NCBI GenBank assembly: GCA_044341025.1 | Contig: JBIISM010000003.1 | Coordinates: forward strand, 117,105 to 181,104 | Reading direction: 5' to 3' | From: Bacteroidia bacterium | Lineage (GTDB): Bacteria; Bacteroidota; Bacteroidia; NS11-12g; UBA955 | Length of the DNA stretch: 64,000 bases | Shown here: positions 19,857 to 29,302 of the stretch, in pieces | How positions within the stretch are numbered: position 1 is the first letter of the stretch | How the letters are laid out: every line of letters begins with the position of its first letter | Program-made: the position numbers and the translations under genes | The notes under the pieces: generated by a model | Told to the model about the DNA's origin: nothing | The model's database searches: none | What the model saw: the letters and a program-made list of their open reading frames with translations, nothing else

Positions 19857-20375
19857 TTGAAACCTGCAGCACTCATCAAAAAATCTAAGCAGTTAAAAAT
19901 TGCAAGAAGCGTTATGCCTTATGAACAGGTGCAAAGCGTGCTGTTAATTTGGGATGCCAGTCAAAGCAGAACTGACATCGAAGAATTAAAAATATTTGGT
20001 CATGAGCTGCGTAAAAGTGGCAAAAACATCACTTTCTTAAGTTTTCATCCCATCAAAAAACTAAGTGCAGATATGCAACCTAACGAGTTGCATAAACTTT
20101 GTTGCAAGTCAGATTTTAATTTTTTCGGGGTGCCTAAAAGCAAAAATTTAAAAGACCTGTTAAACCAACCCTTCGATCTTTTTATAAATGCATGTCTAAC
20201 TGAAAATAATTTTTTAAAGACCATTGCAACCTTCACAAAATCAAAATTTAGAATCGGTCCATACCTCGACCAAAAGGATACAAATTTTTACGAATTATTG
20301 ATTAAACCCAATGGGGCAAACCCTTGCGAAAACTACCTGATTGAAACAGGTCGTTACTTGCGTAAAATTATATAA
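19857..20375 (+). CDS. Hypothetical protein, co-transcribed with dapA (6-nt gap)
   Basis: 172-aa ORF with a TTG start. An alternative ATG at 19914 would give 153 aa. No recognisable motifs. Confidence 0.4.
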   Translation: MKPAALIKKSKQLKIARSVMPYEQVQSVLLIWDASQSRTDIEELKIFGHELRKSGKNITFLSFHPIKKLSADMQPNELHKLCCKSDFNFFGVPKSKNLKDLLNQPFDLFINACLTENNFLKTIATFTKSKFRIGPYLDQKDTNFYELLIKPNGANPCENYLIETGRYLRKII

Positions 20376-20381
20376 TAAAAC

Positions 20382-21266
20382 ATGGCACATTCAATTTCAC
20401 AACAATTTAAAGGCACTGGTGTTGCCCTTATAACTCCCTTCAATAACGACTACAGCATTAACTTTGATGCTTTAAAGAAACTTGTTAGGCATCAAATAGA
20501 TGGTGGCACCAATTACTTGGTTATTTTAGGAACAACTGGCGAAAGCACCACGGTTAGTAAGTCGGAAAAACAATCCATTTTGGATTGCATCAGAACTGAA
20601 AATAATGGAAAATTACCTCTTGTACTTGGGGTTGGCGGAAACAATACTTTAGAAGTTGCTGAAACACTAAAAAACCAAGATTTCGATGGCATTTCTGCGG
20701 TATTAAGTGTTAGTCCGTATTACAACAAACCAAATCAAAAAGGCATAGTCCAGCACTACAAATACCTTGCAGATGCCTCTCCATTGCCAATCATACTTTA
20801 CAATGTACCAGGCAGAACCGGCAGCAATGTAGGCGTAGAAGCAACCTTAGAATTGGCCGAGCATCAAAATGTTTTAGGTACCAAAGAAGCCAGCGGAAAT
20901 TTTTCACAGTGCATGGAAATTATCAAACACAAACCGGCTAATTTCTCAGTGATTAGCGGTGATGATGCTTTTACACTTCCTTTTATTTCAATGGGAATGG
21001 ATGGTGTTATTAGTGTTATTGCAAATGCGTATCCTAAAGAATTTAGCACCTTAATTCAATTGGCTTTAGAAAGTAAATTTGAAGCAGCCCGCGAATTGCA
21101 TTATAAATTATTGGATGCAATGAATGTGATTTTTGCTGATGGCAGCCCCGGTGGAATAAAAGTAATCCTTGAAGCTTTGGGAATTTGCGGCACAACTGTG
21201 CGCATGCCTTTGCATGATGTTAGTGATAGCGTGCACCAGCAATTGCTGAATGCGATGTTGAAATAA
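20382..21266 (+). CDS. dapA: 4-hydroxy-tetrahydrodipicolinate synthase
   Basis: 294 aa. FKGTGVALITPF...GTNYLVILGTTGESTTVS...YNVPGRTG. Canonical DapA/NAL family with the active-site Lys region. Confidence 0.85.
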   Translation: MAHSISQQFKGTGVALITPFNNDYSINFDALKKLVRHQIDGGTNYLVILGTTGESTTVSKSEKQSILDCIRTENNGKLPLVLGVGGNNTLEVAETLKNQDFDGISAVLSVSPYYNKPNQKGIVQHYKYLADASPLPIILYNVPGRTGSNVGVEATLELAEHQNVLGTKEASGNFSQCMEIIKHKPANFSVISGDDAFTLPFISMGMDGVISVIANAYPKEFSTLIQLALESKFEAARELHYKLLDAMNVIFADGSPGGIKVILEALGICGTTVRMPLHDVSDSVHQQLLNAMLK

Positions 21267-21290
21267 GCTTTATACAAAAACTCTTTACAT

Positions 21291-21326
21291 AAAAAATGCC
21301 CAGACTGGTCTGGGCATTTTTTATGT
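21291..21326. terminator. Rho-independent terminator after dapA
   Basis: aaaaaatgcccagac-tgg-tctgggcattttttatg. A ~10-bp GC-rich stem with a U-tract. Confidence 0.75.
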
Positions 21327-21421
21327 CATATATTTATCTGACCAAAAATTAAAATAGATTACGCGCCTAAGGTTCCACAAACCAGAGCTAATACGGCGTT
21401 TAAAAATGTTTTTTTATGAAT

Positions 21422-22513
21422 CTATGTGGTGATATCTATTACTATTTTTATTCTTATTTCGGGATTGCTGGGGTCGTTGGTATACACTGTAATATACTTG
21501 GTATGCGAAGCAATAGATTGGTTTACGGTGTCAATGGTTAAAACCAATTGTAAGCTTTCGCCGGCTTCTAAAATCTGTTTTGCAATTTTATAAGTAATAC
21601 ATGAACAATTGGGCAAAATGGAATGCAATTTTAATTGCGATTTCCCCGTATTGCTAATGTTGATGGTATATGAAAACTTTTCTCCCGCTGTATGCTTTCC
21701 CAAATCAACTAGGCCCCTCGGGTCCATTTTAATTGCAGGTGCATTCTTCAATTCCTTTTTGCTCAACTTGGAAAAATCCTCTTTTAAATTGGCATGAACA
21801 TGAAGGATCTTTGTTGATCCATTTGGATCGTCTGTTATCAAACCAAACCGTCTTCTTATTTCTCCGTAAGGACCCAATTTACTTGCATCCACGGTAATTG
21901 TAATGACAATCGAATCGTTAGAATCAATTAAACTATCGCCAATATTTACAGAAATATATTCAGGGGTTTCAACCTCGTAAATGCGAATTGGGTATCCCAT
22001 ATAGTTAAAGGCTTTGTATTTGAATACCCGCTTTTCTGTGTTTAATAAAGTATTCAACTCCGCCATGGTGGTCGTAAAGGCTAAATTAGAATACGTTGTT
22101 GAATAATCACTAGGTCTGTTGGCCAAATTTGCTTCTGGTATTACATAACCCGTAATCATTAAGCTTTGAAACAAATCGGTGTTGTTGTTAAAATACACAA
22201 AAACATTTTTATGAAATTCACCCCCTCTTCCACGTGTACCATATATGGCTTTAACATATCCTGTATCGCCTGGTTGAATGGTATCTTTTACATACTCAGG
22301 TGTGGTACAACCGCAACTGGTTTCAACTTTAGAAATCCAAATTGGTTTGTTGCTAATGTTTCTAAAACTAAAAACAGCAATTGCATTTTCACTTTCTTCT
22401 TTTACATTACCAAATTCATATAGCAGTTTTTTAAACTTAACAGTCGTATTAATCTGCGCAATTAACATAGGCTGCAAACCCATTAAAAGCAAAACAAGGC
22501 CAATTTTTCTCAT
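21422..22513 (-). CDS. DUF1573-domain secreted protein (two DUF1573 repeats)
   Basis: Start trimmed to the Met at 22513, which gives the signal peptide [20 protein letters not shown]. Two Cys-x-Cys motifs typical of DUF1573: SCGCTTP and NCSCITY. Confidence 0.6.
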   Translation of the reverse strand: MRKIGLVLLLMGLQPMLIAQINTTVKFKKLLYEFGNVKEESENAIAVFSFRNISNKPIWISKVETSCGCTTPEYVKDTIQPGDTGYVKAIYGTRGRGGEFHKNVFVYFNNNTDLFQSLMITGYVIPEANLANRPSDYSTTYSNLAFTTTMAELNTLLNTEKRVFKYKAFNYMGYPIRIYEVETPEYISVNIGDSLIDSNDSIVITITVDASKLGPYGEIRRRFGLITDDPNGSTKILHVHANLKEDFSKLSKKELKNAPAIKMDPRGLVDLGKHTAGEKFSYTINISNTGKSQLKLHSILPNCSCITYKIAKQILEAGESLQLVLTIDTVNQSIASHTKYITVYTNDPSNPEIRIKIVIDITT

Positions 22514-22591
22514 ATTTATTATTCCTTCAAATTTCATACAAATTTTAACCTTAAGAGCAATAATTTTTTCAAAAGGTTGCTTATTCCTGAA

Positions 22592-22599
22592 TATCTTTG
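22592..22599 (+). promoter_or_regulatory. Candidate sigma-A -7 element (TAtcTTTG) for ruvB, giving a near-leaderless transcript
   Basis: tatctttg lies 8 nt upstream of the ruvB ATG (22607). Confidence 0.3.
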
Positions 22600-22606
22600 C
22601 AAAACA

Positions 22607-23632
22607 ATGCTGAATAAAAACCTCGATGCGGATGCTGACAAATTAAGTCAAACTGACAGAGACATAGAAAAAGTGTTGCGCCCTGCTCAATTCGATGACT
22701 TTGCAGGACAAGACAAAATATTGGACAATTTAAAAGTCTTTGTAAAAGCAGCTGTCCAACGTGGAGAAGCGCTCGACCATGTTTTGTTGCACGGACCTCC
22801 TGGCCTTGGCAAAACCACCTTGGCCAACATTATTGCCAACGAATTGCAAAGCAACATTAAAATCACCAGTGGACCGGTACTCGAAAAACCAGGTGATTTG
22901 GCTGGCTTGCTAACCAACTTAGAGGAAGGCGATGTCTTGTTTATTGACGAAATACACCGCTTAAGTCCGGTAGTTGAAGAATATTTATATTCAGCTATGG
23001 AAGACTATAAAATTGACATCGTTTTAGACAGTGGCCCAAGCGCTCGATCGGTTCAAATTAGTTTGGCACCATTTACCCTAGTAGGTGCCACCACGCGTTC
23101 AGGATTATTAACCTCTCCACTGCGCGCAAGGTTTGGAATTACAAACAGACTAGAGTATTACAACACCGACCTTTTGGCGAAAATAGTTACCCGTTCTGCG
23201 GGCATTGTTAAAGTTCCAATTGCAAATGAAGCGGCTTATGAAATTGCAAGACGAAGCAGAGGAACCCCAAGGATTGCAAATGCTTTGTTAAGAAGAACCC
23301 GCGACTTTGCTCAAATCAAAGGCAATGGCGAAATTACTATAGAAATAGCCAAATATGCCTTAGAAGCTCTAAATGTTGATGCCAATGGGCTTGACGAAAT
23401 GGATAACCGCATTTTAAGCACGATAATCGATAAGTTCAAAGGTGGTCCAGTTGGAATCAGCACCATCGCAACTGCAGTAGGCGAAGAAGCTGGAACTATA
23501 GAAGAAGTGTATGAACCTTTCTTAATTCAAGAAGGTTATTTAATGAGGACGGCTAGAGGAAGAGAAGCCACAGAATTAGCCTTCAAACATCTTGGTAGAC
23601 TTCCTTTCAGCAAAGGACACGAATTGTTCTAA
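22607..23632 (+). CDS. ruvB: Holliday junction branch migration ATPase RuvB
   Basis: [19 protein letters not shown]...[21 protein letters not shown], a Walker B ...[10 protein letters not shown], and a C-terminal winged helix. Confidence 0.9.
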   Translation: MLNKNLDADADKLSQTDRDIEKVLRPAQFDDFAGQDKILDNLKVFVKAAVQRGEALDHVLLHGPPGLGKTTLANIIANELQSNIKITSGPVLEKPGDLAGLLTNLEEGDVLFIDEIHRLSPVVEEYLYSAMEDYKIDIVLDSGPSARSVQISLAPFTLVGATTRSGLLTSPLRARFGITNRLEYYNTDLLAKIVTRSAGIVKVPIANEAAYEIARRSRGTPRIANALLRRTRDFAQIKGNGEITIEIAKYALEALNVDANGLDEMDNRILSTIIDKFKGGPVGISTIATAVGEEAGTIEEVYEPFLIQEGYLMRTARGREATELAFKHLGRLPFSKGHELF

Positions 23633-24180
23633 AAGTACTGAGATTTAAATTTCTCAAAAGAAATTCTACAATTCTCAACCCAATGGCTGTGGTCTCCATC
23701 ATCTGAAACCCATTTGTAGGCAGAAAATTTTACACCAAACTTTCTACAAGCCTTTGCCATGGCATAGCATTCCATATCAAATACAGAATTTGATTTTATA
23801 CCCTGTAAATATTCCTTCGAATATTTCTCACCTTGATTTTGGTCGTAAAAATAATCAGTTGAAAAACATGAAAAAGTCGAAACCCCATCAATTTCAATAA
23901 ACGGTTCTGCGGGTTCAAATGGCGATAGTCCATAACCGCAAATTGGTCTCACATCAATATCCTGATACACCTTTCCAATTTTTAATATCTCGCCATATTG
24001 GTGATTTAATGAGCCGCATGAACCAATATTTATTATCTCAGTAAATCCCTTTTGAATACACTCAAAAACACCAATCGCAGCATTCAATTTTCCTACCCCA
24101 CAAACAAGCACAGGAATGCCGTTTACAGCTTCAGCATGGTTTAATTCTTCACCTACTGCAACCAGAAATACTTTACTCAT
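23629..24180 (-). CDS. mtnN: 5'-methylthioadenosine/S-adenosylhomocysteine nucleosidase, short form
   Basis: 183 aa. Aligns by eye to E. coli Pfs blocks: [10 protein letters not shown]~[21 protein letters not shown]~[23 protein letters not shown]...SAYKWVSD~VEMEATAIAHVC...VVVRAISD. Confidence 0.65.
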   Translation of the reverse strand: MSKVFLVAVGEELNHAEAVNGIPVLVCGVGKLNAAIGVFECIQKGFTEIINIGSCGSLNHQYGEILKIGKVYQDIDVRPICGYGLSPFEPAEPFIEIDGVSTFSCFSTDYFYDQNQGEKYSKEYLQGIKSNSVFDMECYAMAKACRKFGVKFSAYKWVSDDGDHSHWVENCRISFEKFKSQYF

Positions 24181-24658
24181 ACTCGATTAAACTTTTTATT
24201 GACAACTCTGAATTCAAAAATTTCAAATTGATCAGCACCAATTTATCTGTTACATTATAACCTGCATTCAAGGCCAATTGCTCTGCTGCATTCATGGTTC
24301 CGCCTGTGGCAAGAACATCGTCAACAATTACTGCTGTGCCTTCTCCTTGTTTAATTTCTAAAGTATCCGTGCCGTATTCGAGCTGGTATTCTAAAGCAAT
24401 TTTAGGTGGTGGTAATTTTCCTTTTTTTCGGCATAAAACCAAGCCGCCACCATAATGCATTGATAAGGCCGAGGCAAAAATAAATCCTCTAGATTCAATG
24501 CCAATCCAATAATCTGGAATCTCTACCTTTTCACCCATCAATTTTATCGCATCTTTAAAATATTTAGACTTTAAAAGTTGGCTGATGTCTTTAAAATTTA
24601 CACCTAGAATTGGAAAATCTGCGACATCAACTATTTCATTTTTTATGTTCTCTAACAT
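24173..24658 (-). CDS. apt: Adenine phosphoribosyltransferase
   Basis: 161 aa. PRPP-binding motif AVIVDDVLATGGT and IESRGFIFASAL. Overlaps the downstream mtnN start by 8 nt. Confidence 0.85.
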   Translation of the reverse strand: MLENIKNEIVDVADFPILGVNFKDISQLLKSKYFKDAIKLMGEKVEIPDYWIGIESRGFIFASALSMHYGGGLVLCRKKGKLPPPKIALEYQLEYGTDTLEIKQGEGTAVIVDDVLATGGTMNAAEQLALNAGYNVTDKLVLINLKFLNSELSIKSLIEYE

Positions 24659-25894
24659 TTAATTAATATCTATATTTTCAATTGCCTTTAAAACCATCTC
24701 AGTTGCTCCTGAATTTTCTTCTACAAAGCGCTTACATGCCAATCTTGAAGATTGAATTTCATTGCCTTCTAAAAAGATTGCGTGGGCATTTTCAAAATCA
24801 GTCACGTTACTTACGCTCATCGCAATACCTGCCCTTATTGCCAGTTCTGCTTCAGGGTATTTTTCTGTATGAGGGCCAAACACAACAGGAACACCATAAG
24901 CCAATGCTTCCAAAATATTGTGTAAACCTTTGCCAAATGCGCCACCTATAAATGCCAAATCTGCGTACAAATATGCCGATGCCAAATGACCAATCGTATT
25001 GAGCACCATAACATTGGATTCTGTCTCTATCCCATCGCTATACAATTGAGGATTATAGGCCATAAATCTGTTTACTATGTCTGCAATATGAGACTCTGAC
25101 ACATCATGCGGAACAATTAAAATCTTGTATTTATGGTTGGGATTTTTAAGGCAAAACGCATGAAGTATACGTTCTTCTTCTGGCCAGCTGCTTCCTAAAA
25201 TAATCAACTGCTGATCCCCTTTGAACTGAGCAATCTTATCGTTTTCTTGAGCCATAGTTGACAGCTGTTTTACCCTGTCATATCGGGTATCTCCAGATAA
25301 AAATACATTATTCAAACCTTTAGCCATCAGCAATTCTAAGGTGTTTTTGTCTTGAACAAATATGCCTGAATATTGAGGAAGCAGTCTAAATAAAAACTTA
25401 CCTAAGTTCGAAAATAGAAATTGTTTTTTCCTAAAAACAGCTGATATTAAAAACACAGGAATCTTCTGTTTAAAAAGGGCTTTTAAATAAAAATACCAAA
25501 TTTCGTATTTAACAAAGATGGCCACATCGGCTTGTAAATAATGAACTGTTTTTCTAGCAGCCCTAGTACCATCTAAAGGCAAATACATGACAAGATCAGC
25601 CAATGGATAATTGTGCCTTTGTTGGTATCCAGAAGGCGAAAAAAAAGTAAGCACTATGCTGTTGGTGGCATTCTTGCTTTTTAATGCTTCCATCAAAGGT
25701 CTTGCTTGTTCAAATTCGCCCAAACTGGCACAGTGAAACCAAAATCTTAGGCCATTTTTTTCTAAAGGTACACTCGGAATACTTTTTAATTGTGCCTCTA
25801 AAAATTGTTTGGTCTTGCCTTTTTTAATGAAAGGATTGACCACTGGAATTAAGCACTTAAGAATAGACAGTATGCAACGGTAAACAAACAACAT
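24659..25894 (-). CDS. waaA: 3-deoxy-D-manno-octulosonic acid (Kdo) transferase
   Basis: 411 aa. N-terminal LRFWFHCASLGEFEQARPLMEAL and a C-terminal GT-B half (...GGAFGKGLHNILEALAYGVPVVFGPH...), as in KdtA/WaaA. Confidence 0.75.
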   Translation of the reverse strand: MLFVYRCILSILKCLIPVVNPFIKKGKTKQFLEAQLKSIPSVPLEKNGLRFWFHCASLGEFEQARPLMEALKSKNATNSIVLTFFSPSGYQQRHNYPLADLVMYLPLDGTRAARKTVHYLQADVAIFVKYEIWYFYLKALFKQKIPVFLISAVFRKKQFLFSNLGKFLFRLLPQYSGIFVQDKNTLELLMAKGLNNVFLSGDTRYDRVKQLSTMAQENDKIAQFKGDQQLIILGSSWPEEERILHAFCLKNPNHKYKILIVPHDVSESHIADIVNRFMAYNPQLYSDGIETESNVMVLNTIGHLASAYLYADLAFIGGAFGKGLHNILEALAYGVPVVFGPHTEKYPEAELAIRAGIAMSVSNVTDFENAHAIFLEGNEIQSSRLACKRFVEENSGATEMVLKAIENIDIN

Positions 25895-25896
25895 AT

Positions 25897-26721
25897 TTAT
25901 TCGAAGAACCGCTCCTCTTCACCCTTTTTATTGCCTGCTTGTCTTCCAGAAAGAGAAATCATAATGCCAATCTTAAGCCCTAAAAGCATATCGTTGCGCA
26001 ATTCTGAGTCTGCTTTTCGGGTATCATAGTTATAAGAACGTCTGTTTTTTGTGAACCCATTTAACAATTCCATTCCCGCATAAAAGTTCATTCTGCCTTT
26101 TGGATCTATGCGCTGATACCCAAAAAATCCGCGAACCATTAAGCCATTCGTTAAGCGGTCGTAACCCTTGTAGTAATTGTTTTCTAATTGAGGCAACACT
26201 GTTCTTTGGAAGGTGAATTTAAGCTTGTGTTGCATAAACCCTAAACCTCCTGTTATTAATAGCCCAGAATTGCGCTCAAAACTTCCCAATGGAATTAGTT
26301 TGCCAAAATCAATATGCCAATGATAGCCCCTTTCATACATCCTAACATCTGCGTAGGTTCCAGTGTTGTCAATCAACAATCCCCCATTGCCAATCATAGA
26401 ATCTAAAATACCACTTTCTTTAACCCGACCTGAGAATATGGTGTTTACACCGCCTTGCACTTGAAAGTTTTTTCCAAATTTATAGGCCAGCGTAAAACCA
26501 ACTGAATTACTTCCACCAAAACGTTTGCTTAAGAGCCCTATGGGTGCTTGCCTTCCGTAATTCATGCACAAAAGCACAGTGTTTCGGTAATTAGAGTGTT
26601 TCGATGAGGCAACTGAAGCTGTATCAGCAGAAAATGCCCACATTGGGAAAAAAATTAGACAAATAATTACCGCTCTAAAATTGTACACATTGCAAATATA
26701 CAAAAAAACAATCTCAGTCAA
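25897..26721 (-). CDS. Hypothetical outer-membrane beta-barrel-like protein
   Basis: 274 aa. Amphipathic beta-strand alternation throughout, ending in an aromatic-rich segment. Sits between waaA and osmC. No recognisable motif. Confidence 0.4.
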   Translation of the reverse strand: MTEIVFLYICNVYNFRAVIICLIFFPMWAFSADTASVASSKHSNYRNTVLLCMNYGRQAPIGLLSKRFGGSNSVGFTLAYKFGKNFQVQGGVNTIFSGRVKESGILDSMIGNGGLLIDNTGTYADVRMYERGYHWHIDFGKLIPLGSFERNSGLLITGGLGFMQHKLKFTFQRTVLPQLENNYYKGYDRLTNGLMVRGFFGYQRIDPKGRMNFYAGMELLNGFTKNRRSYNYDTRKADSELRNDMLLGLKIGIMISLSGRQAGNKKGEEERFFE

Positions 26722-26737
26722 GAAGCTCTATTAAGAT

Positions 26738-27163
26738 CTAAGCCAATTGACCGTTTACATAAACCGAATGGCTAACATTTGAACCGTATTCTAAAGCTTT
26801 AGAAACAGAACAGTACTTTGTAAATGAGAGCTCTGCCGCGCGCTTTGCTTTGTCTAGATCAACTGTTCCTTGGATTAAAAACTTTACTTCTATGTCTTTA
26901 TATACTGAATGGTCTTCAACCTTTATGCTGTCGCTTTCTACCTCAACTTGAAAATCTTGAATGTCTTGTCTTTGTTTCTTTAATATTGAAATAATATCTA
27001 TTGCACTGCATCCACCTATTGAAACCAATAACAATTGCATAGGACGCATGCCTTTATGATGTCCTCCAATACTTTCTGAACCATCCATCAATAAAGTATT
27101 GTTGGTGTCATTTGTGGCCTCCATTAAAAAGTCATCGTCAATGCGCTTAATATTTATTTTCAT
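26738..27163 (-). CDS. osmC: OsmC/Ohr-family peroxiredoxin-like protein
   Basis: Start trimmed to the Met at 27163 (MKINIKRID...), giving 141 aa. Two conserved Cys regions (SIGGCSAIDIISILKK ... KYCSVSKAL). Confidence 0.7.
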   Translation of the reverse strand: MKINIKRIDDDFLMEATNDTNNTLLMDGSESIGGHHKGMRPMQLLLVSIGGCSAIDIISILKKQRQDIQDFQVEVESDSIKVEDHSVYKDIEVKFLIQGTVDLDKAKRAAELSFTKYCSVSKALEYGSNVSHSVYVNGQLA

Positions 27164-27279
27164 AACGTAATATAATGATGCAAAATAAGGTCTTAGAATT
27201 TCCTTTACAAGTGACAAATACCACAAACAAAAAACATTACACCAAGATTACCTATTCTAAGATAAAGTTGGGTAGCTCC

Positions 27280-27304
27280 TCATGGGGTGGAAAACACCCC
27301 ATGA
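27280..27304. repeat. GC-rich perfect palindrome, copy 1 (tcatggggtg-gaaaa-caccccatga)
   Basis: Seen directly: 10-bp inverted arms with a 5-nt loop. A 28-nt core is identical to copy 2, which lies 81 bp away. No flanking U-tract on either strand. Confidence 0.7.
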
Positions 27305-27359
27305 ACACTTAAAAACTGTAGACTATAGTTTGCTTTACAAAGAAATATTCGGGTAACGA

Positions 27360-27386
27360 TTCATGGGGTGGAAAACACCCCATGAA
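27360..27386. repeat. GC-rich perfect palindrome, copy 2 (ttcatggggtg-gaaaa-caccccatgaa)
   Basis: Seen directly: 11-bp inverted arms. Same core as copy 1. Lies between the stop of the ABC exporter gene and the osmC start. Confidence 0.7.
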
Positions 27387-27400
27387 CATTTATCTAATTA

Positions 27401-29209
27401 TTAAGAATGGGTATTGTGCAATTTGTAATAATACCCTTGTTTAGAAAGCAATTCCTGGTGGTGGCCCCTTTCAACAATGCGGCCCTTGTCCATCACTATA
27501 ATTTCATCTGCATCTTGAATGGTGCTGAGCCTATGCGCAATTACCAGAGTGGTTCTTCCCTGACGCAAACGGTCGAGTGCTTGTTGAACCAATTTTTCAC
27601 TTTCATTGTCTAAGGCAGAAGTTGCCTCGTCCAAAATCAAAATTGGTGGATTCCTTAGCAGAGCCCTAGCAATTGCCAATCGCTGTCTTTGACCACCACT
27701 TAACTTGCTGCCACGCTCACCAATTACAGTTTCAAATCCATGCTCTGTAGCCATAATAAATTCGTAAGCATTTGCCAACTTTGCCGCTTCTTCAACTTCC
27801 TGCATGGTATGGCCAGTTTGACCAAATAAGATATTGTTGCTTATACTGTCGTTGAACAATATTGCCTCTTGAGTTACAATACCCATTAGCGAACGCAAAT
27901 CATCTATTTTATAGTCGCGTATATCTACACCATCTATTTCAATTGCGCCTTCAGCAACATCATAAAAGCGGGGCAACAAGTCAGCCAAGGTACTCTTACC
28001 ACTTCCACTTGATCCTACCAATGCTACTTTTTTGTTTTTAGGTATTTCGAAAGAAACGGCATCCAAAACGTTTTCATTTTTATACGCAAAAGAAATATTC
28101 TTATAGGATACACCCGTTTTTAGCGCTGAAATTGGCACTGGATTAATCTTTTCAATAATTTTTATATCGGTGTTCAATATTTCTTCATAACGGTCCATTC
28201 CTGCTGCACCCCTTTGAACCATTGGAAATGCTTGAGACAGTTGTTTGAATGGCGGAATTACTTGACTGAAAATAGCAAAATATGCCAAGAATGCCGAGCC
28301 CGCGATTTCGCCATTAAACACCATATTTCCCCCAAACCACAGCAATACACCGGCTACAAAAATGGCCAAAGTTTCTGATATCGGGGAAGCCATATCGCCT
28401 CGGTGGTTCACTTTAATGTTTGCGCTTGTAGAGTTGTCGTTTAAATTTTTAAACTTTGACCTGAACACCGTCTCAACCACAAACGCTTTTATAATTCGAA
28501 TGCCGCCTAAAGATTCTTCTAAAAAGGACAAAACAGTGCTTTGTTCCTCTTGGTTGCGCTTCGATTTCCGCCTCAATGATTTTCCCAATAATGCAATTGA
28601 ACCCGCAGCCAAAGGCAATAATATTATGACGTACAATGTGAGTGTTGGACTCATGTAGACCAAAGTCCCAATGTAAAAAACAATACTTACAGGCTCTTTA
28701 AATATCGCTTCCAATGACGCCATCAAACTCCATTCAACTTCTTTCACATCATTGCTCATCCGTGAAATAATATCGCCCTTACGCTCATCGCTAAAATATG
28801 ACATTGGCAAATCTAAAATCTTATCGTAAACCCGTTTGCGAATGTCCTGAATAACACGGTTTCTCAGTATCACCAAATAATACAAAGCCATATACCTGGC
28901 TATGTTTTTTATCACTGTGGCAACAACCAAACTGATGCAAATTAAAAACAAAGCCTCGCGCTTATTGTCTTGCACAAATTCGGTCATCCATTGAATAAAA
29001 TCGCTGTAAAGTGAATTAAAATCGCTGCCTCCTGTTGACTTCTGTCTAAAAGCATCCTTGTTGTTGTTGAACATAAAATCGAGCAAGGGCATAAGCAAGG
29101 CAAGAGAGAAAAGTCCCGCTAAAATCTGAACCAAATTAAACAGCATATTAAGTGCCGCAAGCCCTTTAAAAGGAACTATCAGTCTTATCATGCGCAACAT
29201 GGCTTTCAT
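27401..29209 (-). CDS. ABC transporter, fused permease/ATP-binding (MsbA-like lipid exporter)
   Basis: 602 aa. Six-TM N-terminal half. Walker A GSSGSGKST, signature LSGGQRQR, Walker B ILILDEATSALD. Its neighbourhood with waaA suggests an MsbA-type role. Confidence 0.75.
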   Translation of the reverse strand: MKAMLRMIRLIVPFKGLAALNMLFNLVQILAGLFSLALLMPLLDFMFNNNKDAFRQKSTGGSDFNSLYSDFIQWMTEFVQDNKREALFLICISLVVATVIKNIARYMALYYLVILRNRVIQDIRKRVYDKILDLPMSYFSDERKGDIISRMSNDVKEVEWSLMASLEAIFKEPVSIVFYIGTLVYMSPTLTLYVIILLPLAAGSIALLGKSLRRKSKRNQEEQSTVLSFLEESLGGIRIIKAFVVETVFRSKFKNLNDNSTSANIKVNHRGDMASPISETLAIFVAGVLLWFGGNMVFNGEIAGSAFLAYFAIFSQVIPPFKQLSQAFPMVQRGAAGMDRYEEILNTDIKIIEKINPVPISALKTGVSYKNISFAYKNENVLDAVSFEIPKNKKVALVGSSGSGKSTLADLLPRFYDVAEGAIEIDGVDIRDYKIDDLRSLMGIVTQEAILFNDSISNNILFGQTGHTMQEVEEAAKLANAYEFIMATEHGFETVIGERGSKLSGGQRQRLAIARALLRNPPILILDEATSALDNESEKLVQQALDRLRQGRTTLVIAHRLSTIQDADEIIVMDKGRIVERGHHQELLSKQGYYYKLHNTHS

Positions 29210-29302
29210 AAGGGCAAAGTAAAGCTATTTTTTAACGGAAGTCAAACACTAATTATAACATGAAATGAAGTTTCTAATCAATGTGTAACAAGACTATTTG
29301 AC

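Noticed and set aside
27280-27386. The two GC hairpins as rho-independent terminators of the ABC exporter gene
   Set aside because: Neither strand has a U-tract following the stems. The elements are identical copies rather than a single terminator.
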